A stretch of DNA of 63,350 bases, filler included, from Lenisia limosa (GCA_001655205.1; 21 parts of 21 records of this genome joined end to end with filler, not necessarily neighbours in it), one strand, 5' to 3'; positions 36,480 through 50,246 are shown, counted from the whole stretch's first letter. The notes: generated by a model not told the origin, from the sequence alone. Numbers and translations are program-made.

Positions 36480-37289
36480 CTACCCCAAAGCACCTGGCTG
36501 GGGGACCGAGGGCTTGATATCGTATTTTAACGGTAATCGCTTGAGCAGCTCATATACCTGGGGGAGGGGGAGTAAAATTGGAAAATTATGCAACAAAAAA
36601 AAGAAGCCCAAAATAAACTCTGTTGGCTGACATATCACACGAGGGTTGATATAACAACAAAACANNNNNNNNNNNNNNNNNNNNNNNNNNNNNNNNNNNN
36701 NNNNNNNNNNNNNNNNNNNNNNNNNNNNNNNNNNNNNNNNNNNNNNNNNNNNNNNNNNNNNNNNNNNNNNNNNNNNNNNNNNNNNNNNNNNNNNNNNNNN
36801 NNNNNNNNNNNNNNNNNNNNGCGTCCAGAACTTGCTGTATTACTTCGAAAATCTGAGAAGTTAGATTTTATCAGGGCGATTCAAATATTAAATTTTTGTT
36901 AAAAAATATATAATAATAATAAACTAATATTTAAACATACTCCCCCTCCTTTTTTTTCTTCTTTTTTTTCTTCTACTATTTGAAAAAATACAATCACTCA
37001 CATTGGAGATGTCGACATTGAGCTTTACCATCCACTCGCTGATGTCTTCCCTAAAGTGTCGTGGGTTGTTGTAAGGTGTTGTAAGGGTTTATTGATAAGG
37101 ATTTATTGCTCGACAGTGTTATAAGGTGTTTAAAGGATGATGGAAGATGGTACTTGTAAAATGTTTTGAATTATTGAATCACCATCATACTGTTTCATAA
37201 TGGCTGACACAAACATCCCCGCAATTGCAATGAAAAACGGGGGGTAACTGAGCATTACGTCACTGGCGTAACTATCATTGACAAAGTAC
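36480..37289 (-). CDS. CCNC: Cyclin C-like protein, 3' part
   Basis: Exons YFVNDSYASDVMLSYPPFFIAIAG, EDISEWMVKLNVDISN, IFEVIQQVLD and VYELLKRLP...* parallel cyclin C (VNDSY.TD..L.YPP..IA.A; WF.EL.VD). Confidence 0.75.
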
Positions 37290-37939
37290 CTGCTTTGTGA
37301 GATTGTCTATACTGGTAATATTTTGTAATAATATAATGCAGAGAGAGTAAAAAAACCGAAATTGATATCATCTATGCGATCATGATAGATGATTATACTA
37401 TTTGTATCATAAAAAAGGAGAGAGAAAAAACTAGGTTGTATCTTGCTGAAGCCTTCCAGACCATCACTGTNNNNNNNNNNNNNNNNNNNNNNNNNNNNNN
37501 NNNNNNNNNNNNNNNNNNNNNNNNNNNNNNNNNNNNNNNNNNNNNNNNNNNNNNNNNNNNNNNNNNNNNNNNNNNNNNNNNNNNNNNNNNNNNNNNNNNN
37601 NNNNNNNNNNNNNNNNTGGAAGACCAACTGAAAGAGGTCAACATTGGGGCTTCACTTCGGTTCAAAAAAGAACGTTTAAATATCGATATTTATCGAGGAT
37701 TTATCGAGAGATTTGGTCTTTGGGACCATAGGGAACCCCTAGTCATCGCCATAAATGTATATCATATATATTATAGGAAGGGCTTACTAAGACCGAATCT
37801 NNNNNNNNNNNNNNNNNNNNNNNNNNNNNNNNNNNNNNNNNNNNTTAATTAATTAANNNNNNNNNNNNNNNNNNNNNNNNNNNNNNNNNNNNNNNNNNNN
37901 ATATATATATATATATATATATATATTCCACTTTCTCAC

Positions 37940-38022
37940 CTTGCTGACGGTGTTGCAAACACAGTAGCGGAGAGTAGTAGCGGTAGAAGGACCAATAAAG
38001 AGACCCAATTGAAAGAACACAT
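37940..38022 (-). CDS. First exon of a secreted protein (signal peptide)
   Basis: MCSFNWVSLLVLLPLLLSATVFATPSAR followed by GTGAG; the rest is off the scaffold. Confidence 0.5.
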
Positions 38023-39461
38023 TGCAGAACCTTGTTGCCTCTTCTCTTCTTCTTCTTGTCCTTTTCTTATTATAAAACACTTACTACTAATTATAATAAC
38101 AGACCATGGCCATGGGCCTGGTGCCGGCGGGTGGGNNNNNNNNNNNNNNNNNNNNNNNNNNNNNNNNNNNNNNNNNNNNNNNNNNNNNNNNNGTTCGCCG
38201 GCGGGTCTAACTCCGATTTCACCTTTCTTTTTACCCTGGAACTGCCTGGAAGTTTTCATACCCCTTTTTTACCCGGATTTGTCTTTAGTTTAGTAATTCA
38301 GAACATATATCTTTTAGAGGGCGTTTTAGCTGGTGCCAGTGACAACTGGTAGTGTGCCTAAGACTCCTTCTACTTCCCTTTTAGCTTGTTTGCTCTTGAA
38401 TTCGATAATAAAACATGTTTTGACCAATGATTCCGATGGAGCCCCCTTTCCTTGATATTCATTTTCTTGAGTACTCTTATTCACGTTGGTAGCCAGTTTG
38501 AATTGTGCCACAGAGGCTCTTAAAGCCCTCTCTGTTGTGTACAACCTGCTTTTCCGGAAAGTGTCATCGGCCTCAAGCTGTTCACGACCTTGACGAGGAA
38601 GGACAGGTTTGCTTTGGACTGGTACATTTCAAAGTTCCCATTTTTGCAATTGATAGTTATTAATACAATAAGATATGTTAATAAGAAGGGCAGAAGGCAC
38701 ACCTTAAGACAATGGTGTTCGTAAACAGCACTTTGCAAGTATCAAAAGGCATCTCCCTCGCCATCCTTCCTGATAATTGTTATATATAAACTTAAAAAAG
38801 CCAAAGAACCAACCTTCGTCATTTCTTAGTTCCGTGTTTTATCGCATGGTCGGAAAAATACAGTTAACTTCCTATAAGCTTTCTCTTTTTTTAATTGGGC
38901 ATGTTTCGGGCAGTTATAGACTATTTTAAAACATGTTTGAAACCGTGAAGTCCTCGAAATGATAAAGGTAGTAAAAAGATGGTAAAAAGAGAAAATTGAC
39001 CATAAAAATGGTCATTATTCCTCCACCTGGGGGGTTTATATAATGACCGTCATCCCCCTTACTTTTTTTCAATTCACCCGGGCCGACGGGAAAGAAAAAA
39101 AAAGGCGCTCAAACCAGGTGTTATCAGACGAACCCGGGTACTCACCGAAAAACTCGGCTTTTCTTCTCAGTAGTTTTTATATTGTATTTAACCCCTAGGA
39201 GGGTTTGTGTGAGGTTTTTCGGGACTCCCCATGCACAATCGGAGACTCTGTTGTTTCTAGGGTGAACATACCCCCAGATTATTTGATGCATTAAAGTTCA
39301 AAAGTTCAAAGTTCAAAGTTCTCCTCTCTGGCATCAAATCCAGCTCTCCATTCTCCTCATTCAGTCCTCATTGTTTATTTCAGAACATTTTATAAATTTT
39401 GTGAACATGTAAAGCTGGAGTATAAGCGTAGAATCAAGACAGATATTTCTCATATACTAAG

Positions 39462-42400
39462 ATGGCATTGGTGACAGTGTTTGTCCTGGATGTCGGCGCC
39501 TCCATGGCCGATGACAACAAACTCGAGGTGGGCTCCACTCTCCTCCTCTCTCCTGCTTCCAAACACTCATTTACTGCCATAGAGAACTGCATACTTGGCG
39601 AGCAGCATGATGACTCAATCAGTCCGCAGGTTTCTCTTCTCAATATTCCAACCTTTACAGGGAATTGATTCCTTACTGAAATTCCTTTATTTATATTTTC
39701 AGGCAATGCTTTCCAATAAAGAACAAACTGGACTTGTTTTGATTGGAACTGACAGTATTTGGGCTTGTACGTCTGAGAACAGTGAATGTTTCCTTGTATT
39801 GTTTGTCATCATCGTTATTATAGAAAACAGAGAATCACAATATAGATACTGAAAACGCACTCATGGTCGATGGATACCCCAACATCACAACTGCAATTGA
39901 TCCTCAGCACTTGACCACCCAGGTTGGATACTATCAAAAAAAAATTTTTGTTTTGCAATTTGGCTGATACTCCATTGTCTCACTTGTGGTTAATTTTTTT
40001 GAGTGTATACGAAACCATTTCCCAGATACTGTCCTCCATCCTGCTTATTCCTCAGCATATTAAGAGCCTGTCCCAACAGCAACCGTCACATTCTTCGGGA
40101 GACCGTATGCGTGTTTTTTTGGTTAATTGGATTGATGTGTCTAATATTTAACACCAAGGTCTCTTATTAACTGTTGGATGAAGAGACGCTTATGGGGGGG
40201 GGGGGCAATTATGCAGAAATGACTTGCATTGCCATTCGACATTTGATTTCTTGGCTCACACACAGTGGTTGACGGACTGGTGGTGGCAATGGATTTGGTG
40301 GCAAAGTTCAAAGCCTCACAGAAGAAATGCACCTGTCGCATTGTCATGCTGACTGATGCAATTACAAAAATCGACAATCGTGAGGGGGCTTTATTGATTG
40401 AGGGACCAATCATTTCATTTTGCCAAATTCAGACATCTTTTAACCACCTTATTGATGGCCTGCACCATCCCCTGTGTAAACTGTGATTATTCTGTAGCTG
40501 AGGACCTGGATGTTCTTGCGCGTACGGCAGCCGAGATTGAGCTTCGAATCAATATCGTGTATGGAGGGTTCCATTACTCCCCCGTCCTCACCCCCCTAGC
40601 GGTATAGGTTTTGATGAGGACATCACCATTGACGACGACCCCCAGTTACTGGCCAAACGTACTCAATATCACCTGGATCAAGGCCGTTCACAGGATTCGG
40701 TATGCATCCCTGATTGAGTAAAATCGTATCATTTGCTTCCCCTCGGAACCCTTTTTTCACTCCTAGATTGAGAACGAAATGCTCCTTCGAAAGTTCAGCC
40801 AAGATATCAATGGAGTAGGCAACTAGGTGTTTTCTATGCGTGTTTATGTGCAGATACGTAATATACATATCAGATGTACACTATATATATATGGTATCAT
40901 ATATATACTATTACACACAAAGGCATTAGTATAACATATGATATAATAGAATACTGTGTGTGTGTTTGAATTATTTTATCTTTACATTGAGGAGGAGAAA
41001 CAGTGAGATGTTTGTTCAGTTTTTTGAAGCGTGTGAGAAATATTATATGCATAATAGTATATTACTATAATATAATCAATCAAATATACATGTATCTTAT
41101 AAGGTATGGATGGCTTCAGCCAGATACAGCCTTGTTTTATTTCTCATATATATCTCTCTCTCTCTCTCTATACATATATAGATGACCTAATCCACTTCTA
41201 CAAAAAGTACACATGGGTCCTATATAACCGACCTTCGGGCTGTGTGTGTGTGTAGGGATATTGTTATATTTTGGCCTCATAGTGGGGTGAATTATGTGCA
41301 ACAGTCTTTAGTGTCCGTCAAACCAGTGCTAACACTCAGACGGTCATGACTCTGGATCAGTCCGTTGCGGCGATGTCATACTACAACAGTCACTCCATCA
41401 GGCCAACCTCCAATATGAGGGGCATCCTGAACATTGCAGGCCAAGGCATCCGTGTAGGCATCCACTCTACAGAGATATTTTAAAAATCTGGCTGTATTCT
41501 TTGATGTCGGATTTTCAATTTTGAGAAATCAATGAATGTTATTCTCAAAGGTCTTATTTTTACAATTACCTGTGACCATTATCAACCTGAGGGAATTTTT
41601 TTTTTTTGACAAGATAGCATATTAGAGTTCAAATATTGGCAGCAAAACTGCTTATATTATTTCAGATTTGGTCGTACGTCAAGACCAAACGCCGTGCTCT
41701 CAGAGATGTCGTCAAAATGGAGAACGTCTCGGTACCAGCCCTTCAAGGTGAGTTTTTGGGATTCAGCTTTCATTTTAGAAGGGTAATTCTTGGTAATATG
41801 TTGGATACACCTCACCACTTGGCACGTTGATTTCTCGGAAGATTGCGGGAAGGTCACTCATCTTTTAGCTGCTCTTGATAATGACGAGGAAATCGACTTC
41901 ATGACTGGTAACCTGACAACAGATAGAAAATACTGTCCAATCAAGGTTAGGCGAAATGAAGATTACTATACACCTATTTCTCATTGCTATATATGATATA
42001 CACTTACTGTGGAGTGTTGTTGGCAGGGAAAATGTGGCCTTACATCTCAAGGACCCCAATGTCACACTTGAGAAGGACGACATGGTCAAGGCTTTCAAGG
42101 TAACTAACTGGTCATAAGCGAGATGTCCATCGAACTTTTTGGATTCGCGTCTTGCACACTTTATATTTTTTAAAAAAAAGAAAAAAAAAGTGATCTCTCA
42201 TTTTCTTTTTTGGGTGTATCCTTTGCTCTCTGAATTGAAAGATACAATCATTTGAAAGGAAGAAAGGGAAAGTGAAGAAAGTATCCCGATCCATCCCATT
42301 CCTGGCTTTCTTTGAAACTGAGGTCTTCGTGCTCTCTCTTGCCTTCCTTTCCGGGAATGCAAGTTTTATTCAATTGAACAGTGTTTTACGGGAGGTAGAG

Positions 42401-45400
42401 ATGCTAGTAGCATTAATATCTCCAAACGGTGCACATCTCGCTTTAAAATTAAGAAATTTCATTGCACACAGTGTAATTCATGATTTTCATAAGGTAAAAT
42501 CGAACTTTTTATAGTGTTTTTATGTCTCTTTAAAAAAAAATAAAGTTTAAAAGAAGTATGAAGAGAGAAAATTTGTGAAAAAAAGAAAACATTAAAAAAC
42601 TCCGACACGGGGAATCGAACCCCGGGTATGGCGGTGAGAGCGCCAGGTGTTACCGACTACACTATATCGGAACGACGAAAGTAATCTTTTCGATTTTCTT
42701 CACGATGCAAGTTTTTTCCGTATTGGCCTGAATATCGTCTGATCAGCTCTCTGCTCTCCCAAAGATTCTGCTCAAGCATTCACTTCTCGTCTGGGATACC
42801 CGCTGTGGCCTCCTCAATGAAGGTGCAGGCCCCCCTTTGGTCGCTGAAGACTCCTTCTCAAGAAGCCCTTCCGTTGTGGTCTCGTCGTCTCACACCTGCT
42901 ATCGTCTCCGGGTCTGATCCTCAGTTTGTTGTCACCTTCGGGGTCCCCACCTCCAGTTACCCAGCCGATATCGTACTCGATCTCCTTCGATGTCTCTCTC
43001 TCTGTCTCCGGAGCGACCTAAGCTTGACCGCCGCCGTTGTCGCCCACACACTCCGTTCGACTTCGACAACGACAACGCCGCCCCTGTCATCTCCGGTGCT
43101 CTGACTATGGATCCCGTCATCACCTTCCGCGGCCATGTCTGCCCTTCCCTCCTTCTGAGAGTACCTGGATCACCTCACGGATTATGGTCTCGCAACCCAC
43201 CGTTTCATTTTTCCGTCCCAGTAGTGCTCTCATTCCAATCCCTATCCTGTGATAGGCGAAACCCGTAAAACGGTTTGCACTCCCAGTGCCAAGATCCNNN
43301 NNNNNNNNNNNNNNNNNNNNNNNNNNNNNNNNNNNNNNNNNNNNNNNNNNNNNNNNNNNNNNNNNNNNNNNNNNNNNNNNNNNNNNNNNNNNNNNNNNNN
43401 NNNNNNNNNNNNNNNNNNNNNNNNNNNCTCTTTTACTGAATGTTATTTTTATTAGATACATTTATTGTTTCAAATATCATATTCCCATCACCGGAGACCA
43501 AGAAGAGAGCCATTTCGGCTTGCCGCAAAATCTGTTGGCCTTTCTCGCCTGCCAGTCCAGGAATAAAGCCCCCCTTTTCAGTCACACAGGAGGCCTGGCA
43601 GCAGGAATCTGCCTTTGCCTCAAGGAGGACATGAGATCCCTCCTCGACTCCACTGGCCAAGCTGCCAAATGCCCTCCTCGACCACTCACACCATATATAT
43701 GCATTTGTATGACCGAATTTTAGTATGGAACCGCGTTTGTCCCGGCAACCAAGGCGGACATGGAGCAGACCCGACTGAAGCATGAGAAGGCAATCACTAT
43801 TCGCAACTTCCAGCCTCTCAGCATGATTAACCGTGGGGATGGGGCTTCTGGTTTTCAAATATTGCGTTTGATGTGCTCCTTTCCTGGCTTTTTATGACAG
43901 TCCAGCCCGTCACATCATGGACGAGACCGACGTGATAGTGCCGGAACCTGATGATCCGATTGCCGCCCAGGCCTTTGCAGCCTTAGTGGTGGCTATGCGC
44001 AATGTGGGGCGAGGGGTTCTGGTTTAAAGGGTATCTCTATTTTCTATTTTTCTTATGTTGAAGTGTCGAATTTGATTCAATTTTTTTTTTTGAAGTCTCT
44101 CCGCTCACACAATCAGGACCAAGTAGTGGCCATCGCACGGGTGGTCAAACGTAATAACGCCAGCCCCAAGATATGCATGTTGAAGGCCTGTATGGGGGGG
44201 GGGGTGCTCAACTTAATAAGTAGTGTTCAAGAGTGGTGATATAGCCTCAAACATCCGATATCCGATAGCCTCACATTATCTGACCTTCTTTTGTTTGTTG
44301 AACATTGGTATTGCCGCTTGTAGCTTGCACTCACCATTCAGCTAATACAGACGAGGACCTTTGTCTGTATTCCATTGGTCTGGCCTATTGTGAGGGGGGT
44401 TCTGTATTTGGAAATTGGACTGCTATTGAAATGTTGTAGTCAAATATGCCATACACTGTTCTAACCATTTCTTAGACGAGGATGAGAGGGAGTTCCCGAA
44501 TCAGCGCCTTGTGGCCTCAGTTGACAAGGAGCCCACCCCCCAACAGCGCCAGGTCTGTGGAAGGAATGCCATTTGGCTCATGTTAATTGCACCTCTGAGG
44601 TGATTGAGGCTTCTGAAGATAAAGGATAGAAACTACGACTCTGTGCAATTAATTTTTTGAAGAAAGTAATTGACAAAGTTTGAAATTAAAGGGTCTGAAA
44701 TGGAGTTCCCATGACAATATGTCACACTTCAAATTGCACGGAGCCCTAATATTAACCCTCCAGGCCATGGGTAATCTCATTGACCACATGAACCTCAGCG
44801 CAGTATCCCACACTCGTGATACTGAGTAGGCCAGAGTGTAGCATGCTTTGCTATTGGAAAACTGCATTCCTCACACCTGTAGGGCCGAGTTCCTAGCCCC
44901 AGAAGAGACCCCAAATCCCTATCTGCATCGTGCATATGAGTCCATTTCTAACCGGTGGAGGGGGGGAGGGGGTATTTGAATAGTACATTTGCTTTTGTCA
45001 TTTTCTTGTTTACGTTTTATCTCAAAATCATTATTTCACAGAGCAATGGAAGATGCGTCGGTTATCCCAGAGCTGAACCCCCTTTTCCACAAGTAAGCTG
45101 TTTTACAAGTAAAAGAACTTAAACTGAACAATATGATATTATTTTTTTTACTCTCTGATCAATGATATACTATTACTTACAATGCACTGCCAGTGTTATT
45201 AAAGACTGGTTATCCGCAAATTCCTTTGTGAACACTTCAGATTTGTATTCCCCGATGCGCAAATTGTGAAGAGTGCTGGAGACGCCCTCAATGAAGTTGC
45301 CTCAAGATTCCCTCTCACCAAAAAGGGTATGAATTTGATACCACCTTGTAATATAGCACTGTCCAATGCGATAGTTGAATATGTCCAATTCTAACAAAAC

Positions 45401-45711
45401 AGTCCCGAAGAATGCTGCTGACGAAACCCGCAAACAGTACTTCCAACCCGCCGCATCTTCGGATCCTGCGTTGCTTCGTGAGTTGCGGTCATTCTCAGAG
45501 TCCTGAATCATAGTATCTCAATTTTTATGTTTAAAAGAGCTTGAGAATAGAGTACTTTTAATCGTTTTCTTCTTAGCTCACGTATGGCATACACATATGT
45601 ATGTATGTACATTATATCATGTAGTATATTATATATATCATATATCCTGCTCATTACTCCGACAGCCCCGGCAGCTAAAAGACCTCGTACCACTGCTCTT
45701 GGGGCTGTGCA
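39462..45711 (+). CDS. XRCC5: Ku80 (NHEJ DNA end-binding subunit), 3' truncated
   Basis: Exons VFVLDVGASM; AMLSNKEQTGLVLIGTD; DGLVVAMDL...RIVMLTD; LEKDDMVKAFK|YGTAFVPATKADMEQ; AQAFAALVVAMRN|VVAIARVVKR; TPNPYLHR; SRFPLTKK; AKRPR (NLS-like). Collinear with Ku80. Confidence 0.9.
42600..42671 (-). tRNA. tRNA-Glu (CUC), antisense within a Ku80 intron
   Basis: Reverse strand folds to a cloverleaf: acceptor TCCGATA/TGTCGGA, D stem GTGT/ACAC, anticodon stem TGGCG/CGCCA with loop CT-CTC-AC, T loop GGTTCGATTCC. An oligo-T run follows directly (Pol III terminator). Confidence 0.95.
44634..44748. mobile_element. Second hAT-like MITE family F (TIR TAGGGCTCCGTGCAATTAATT)
   Basis: Inverted ends with flanks ATAGAAAC/ATATTAAC (6/8). 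Other copies at 15742-15872, ~36037-36090, ~47930-48040 and ~57309-57360. Confidence 0.7.
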
Positions 45712-45810
45712 NNNNNNNNNNNNNNNNNNNNNNNNNNNNNNNNNNNNNNNNNNNNTTAATTAATTAANNNNNNNNNNNNNNNNNNNNNNNNNNNNNNNNN
45801 NNNNNNNNNN

Positions 45811-45925
45811 NATACTGTTGGATGTATATGTTGGATGTATACTGTTGGATGTATACTGTTGGATGTATACTGTTGGATGTATACTGTTGGATGTATATGT
45901 TGGATGTATATGTTGGATGTATATG
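45811..45925. repeat. 12-14-bp tandem repeat (TATACTGTTGGATG)n
   Basis: About 8 consecutive units. Confidence 0.95.
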
Positions 45926-46448
45926 TTGGTTGTGGGAATACACAGTGAGGTACCCTGCGTGTGCTGTGGAGAGGGATTATATTGGTTGTTTTTGGAGGGG
46001 TTATTTTGGTGTTTTTGTTAGGGTTATATTGTGGGGGAGGATAGAGTTGTTGTCGGTTCAATAGATTGGGGCGGTATCTTTTCAGGAGTCATCTGTGATC
46101 TCATTTCTGTCAAAAACATCACACACTTCCAGGCAAGTTGAGGACTGAAGCCCCCTCTTCCCCTTCCGTCACCACAAGAGGTGCTAGGCGTTACAAGGAA
46201 TCTCCTGTCAGGCCATGTATTTTTGTTTTTTTGTACTCTTAGTTGATACAGTTATATTAGTAGTTGTTACATGTTCTACAGTTTATATCAGAATCATCTC
46301 ATGTTGAAACGGGGATAAAGTATAACTATATAGTATAATAAAACAAAAACAAACAAGCCAAACTACCAAAGACTCTAGAAAAGCTAACACTGAACGCAAA
46401 CCACAACCCGGACAATTATAGGACAGTTCTTGCGATCTGATCCGCGTT

Positions 46449-47056
46449 TCATGGCTCATATGTCACGGCCTGTCGCTGCTCGTGGAACTTCGGCGACGGC
46501 AGAGCCGGTGGAAGACAGATATCGGCCACCGCCACTGCTGACTCCTCAAGTGAGACGGCTACCCGGGTCTGGGGGGGGGGGGGNNNNNNNNNNNNNNNNN
46601 NNNNNNNNNNNNNNNNNNNNNNNNNNNNNNNNNNNNNNNNNNNNNNNNNNNNNNNNNNNNNNNNNNNNCAAAAAACAGAAAACAAGCGGGTAAAACTGGG
46701 AAATGTGGGACCTTAGATGCTAGATATTAAATTTCGTTTCGATCTTACCCTCAGTTCCATTGTATATGGGTCACAGGGGACAGTGAAGGCGGCGGCGGAG
46801 GGATGACCAGGAAACTCCACGGTTTCAATGGGGAGAATGCCACGACTTGAGCCTAAAATGATGTCAAAAGTGACAGTAAAATTCGGTTCTTTTATCGCGT
46901 TCAATTATCCATACCCTCTCCCCACTAGTGATGAAGAAGCTTTTCCATGAAGAGTGGTCGGTCACAACGGGGGGCTTGAAGATGATGGGAATGCCCATAT
47001 CGACACAGTGATTCATGACAATGCGCAAAACTGTACCAGGGAGAACCTTGTCCTAT
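46449..47056 (-). CDS. Hypothetical protein, 3' exons
   Basis: Splice-bounded SSRGILPIETVEFPGHPSAAAFTVPCDPYTMELR and terminal TRVAVSLEESAVAVADICLPP...*. Confidence 0.4.
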
Positions 47057-47798
47057 TGGGGTGAGAAAGGTGATCTCTTTGAGCTTAATATTAGAAATAA
47101 CTGATTATTCAGTGANNNNNNNNNNNNNNNNNNNNNNNNNNNNNNNNNNNNNNNNNNNNTTAATTAATTAANNNNNNNNNNNNNNNNNNNNNNNNNNNNN
47201 NNNNNNNNNNNNNNNAAATCAGGTCTCTGTCCTTTTTTTCAAGGATTAATTGTTACAGTATGTTGTACTTCATTTTTCAGAATTAGTTTCAAAATTAATT
47301 TCATAATTAATGACACAGCGTCCTTTTACATTATAGGTGATCCAAAATGAAAAGCTCTTCTTCAATAACCACAGGGGAGGGATCCACCCTTCAACGTTTA
47401 TTACTAACACGGAATTGAGGTGATATAGGGCATCTAGATATTTTTTGAATTGAGATGAGATTAATCCAATGTTAATATATACTGTATATGATATATAATA
47501 ATATCCATCCACTTGTGATTTGGTGATGAACGAAGATATCATGAGAGTGAATCCCGAGTGTATCAAAGTATCATTGAGACTTGTCGGTCGTTTGTCATAC
47601 GAGTGAGTGACCATATCACAAGTTTACATGTACCAGAAAGGTGGTATATCTTCATAAGGTTTCACTTCAGTTCGGAAAAACCGACAGTTTTTGGAGATTT
47701 ATCGAGAAATTCAGTCTTTATCGAACCGAAGTTACCCACATATATAATGCCAAAAATTGAGTCTTTTACCATTGACAAGGTATATTTTGACAATTCAG

Positions 47799-49053
47799 GG
47801 CAATCCTCACTCCCCTCACAACCAACGAGGATAGCAACGGGGTCACATTTGTCAGTATGTATGAGGTATGTGGGGTACTGTATGATTGTTATAATGTTTA
47901 TTTTTGTTTATTTCAAGGTCTTCAATTCATTAATTGACAAAATTTGAAATTAAAGTTTGTGAAATTGGGTAATGATTACAGTATGTCTTTTTTCAAATTT
48001 TTGCAAATAATTTGTCAATAAATTGCACAGAGTCGTAATTATTTCTCAACTTTCAGGGCATCAACCGTCCCTATTGGGGCTCGCAGTACCACCCGGAAAA
48101 GGTCAGCGCATCTTCAAGTGGAATATTCAGATTTTTTTATACAGCTCAAGTGTAATTCTGTCATATTATACTCCAAACCAATACATCTGATTGTACTACG
48201 TATCTTTTAGAAGGATAATTTCCTCATCCGCCAGTTACTCCAAAAACATGATGGGATTGGTTTTTTGGGAGACTGGCTTCGGCTGAAGCTAGGAGGAATA
48301 TAGATACTCATGAGGGTTTTAATAGCCTATTTTCCTCTTTTCATTTCGCCGCACAGATTGCTTTTGAGTGGACTACCCCGGATCATCTGAATCAGTCGGC
48401 CATCGCTGTACAGGTAGGATTGGTAAAATATCGATATTTATCGAGAAATTGGATTTCTAAAATATTTGGCGGGGGATTTGGGTATTCTTCGTAATATCAA
48501 TATTACACCCTCCTCATTCTGTTACATATTGTGAGGCCATTCTCATATCGACTCTTTCGATCAACGTTCTTGTCGATTTAAACAAAAGAATTCTGCATAT
48601 GATACATGACACATTTCTTTTCGATTTACTTTATTGAACTGCACTTTTAGATCAATCAATTCCTGGCCAAGTTTTTTGTGGATATGGCTCGACACGGCTC
48701 CGCACATGTTTGTTGGGGTTTGAAGTGTATTGTAATGTACACTAAATTTCAGATTCGTTTTCATTTCAAATTTTGTCAATATATTTCTTCAAGCAATTTG
48801 GTGCATGATTATGTCAGAATAAGGGACAATAGCATTCGTTTTGGAGAGAAGAACATCTTGGCAAAATAAAGTACATACATAGAGAGTTTTGTTTTGAATA
48901 TTTGCATTTTCTTTTTTTTACTTCTCCCTTGTTCCATAAATTTTCATTTTTGTCACTCCCCATCAGCACTCGGCAGCAGTCAGCGCATTGTACATTTGGA
49001 ACTTTTCGCCGAAGTACGACGCAAATGAGTTCACTCAGGTTTATTATTTCTAG
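47799..49053 (+). CDS. GGH: Gamma-glutamyl hydrolase (peptidase C26), 3' part
   Basis: LTTNEDSNGVTFVSMYE|GINRPYWGSQYHPEK|IAFEW...|INQFLAKFFVDMAR|...LYIWNFSP...FTQVYYF*. The QxHPEK catalytic motif and GGH-like C-terminus are present. Confidence 0.85.
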
Positions 49054-49731
49054 CGTATGGTATTGGTGTAGTGAAGGTTTTACTTTGAGAGAATGTAATT
49101 GATGGAATTCTGTACAAATTGGAGATTCTGTGACTATTCCAATTTCAATAGTATTTAATGAACCATTTCAATTCTCATGATAGTGCCTTTTTCAATCAAT
49201 TTAACAATTAACGAACAAATTGTTAAGGTGGATGATATCAATCAAAGATCATATGATTGATCATCAATTTTGGATGCATTTTATCTTTCTATTTGAGCTC
49301 AAAACTAGCTCTATTCGCTGTCGGGAAAATTGAAACCAAAACAACAATACGTATAATAAAAGTGTTTCAGCAACTTTTTTCACGACAGCGGTTTAAATCA
49401 CAGATTAAAAGAAACAATTTTCGCTGTTACATTTGGAAATTTGGAAAACGCGTTTTAGTTTATCTATTCGAACTCAAAACTCTCTTCGCTTTGTGAAATT
49501 TGGACACAAAATAACAATAGTTGTATAATATGTTTGCACATCTTTTTTCACGACTGCGAATACACTTCAATTCTAACTAATCCCGCTAACAGCTCAACTA
49601 CTTGAAATAGGATCCCGGCTTTTGAAATAGTGCTGAAGACTCTCGTCCAACAACTCCATGTTTCCCCCCCCCCCTCTGATTGACACACGAACACTTCTAA
49701 TGAACAAACGCATGCATCAACAGTCTCGGAG

Positions 49732-50156
49732 CTACTTGAAATAGGGTTGAAGACTCTCGCCTAACAGCTCCTCAACGGTCTTGACAAAGTCCTGAGCTTC
49801 AGCCTCAACCTCGTCCTCACCATCTTCCATCGACTCAGCAATGGAGGGAATAACCTCGGGAAGAAGGGGGAGAATGTCGCCTCCAACACGAACGAAAATG
49901 GCCGTCAGCGTTTTGATGGCCGCAACGCTGGAAGGGGTTAGAAATACAAGACCCATATTCAGGTGAAACAAAACCCAAATTGTCACACAAAACTTGAAAT
50001 AGCACACCACAAAACCCGAATAACATGGTGATCAAACCCTCATATTATCTGGCTGACTTGTCACACAAAAGCCCCCAAACCGGGTGAGCGGGGCAGGGTG
50101 ATGGGTCTTGAGCATGATGTTGTGGAGCAGCGGCTTCCACTTCGCATCCGACGCCG
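49732..50156 (-). CDS. UTP10: UTP10/HEATR1 C-terminus
   Basis: DAKWKPLLHNIMLKT...|...ILPLLPEVIPSIAESMEDGEDEVEAEAQDFVKTVEELLGESLQPYFK* matches the conserved UTP10 end. Confidence 0.9.
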
Positions 50157-50246
50157 NNNNNNNNNNNNNNNNNNNNNNNNNNNNNNNNNNNNNNNNNNNN
50201 TTAATTAATTAANNNNNNNNNNNNNNNNNNNNNNNNNNNNNNNNNN

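Noticed and set aside
37010-37060. Plus-strand IGDVDIELYHPLADVFPK resembling cyclophilin
   Set aside because: The opposite strand gives a splice-bounded exon collinear with cyclin C.
38200-38750. Broken minus-strand frames suggesting a retroelement ORF1
   Set aside because: No recognisable motif; too degenerate to support a call.
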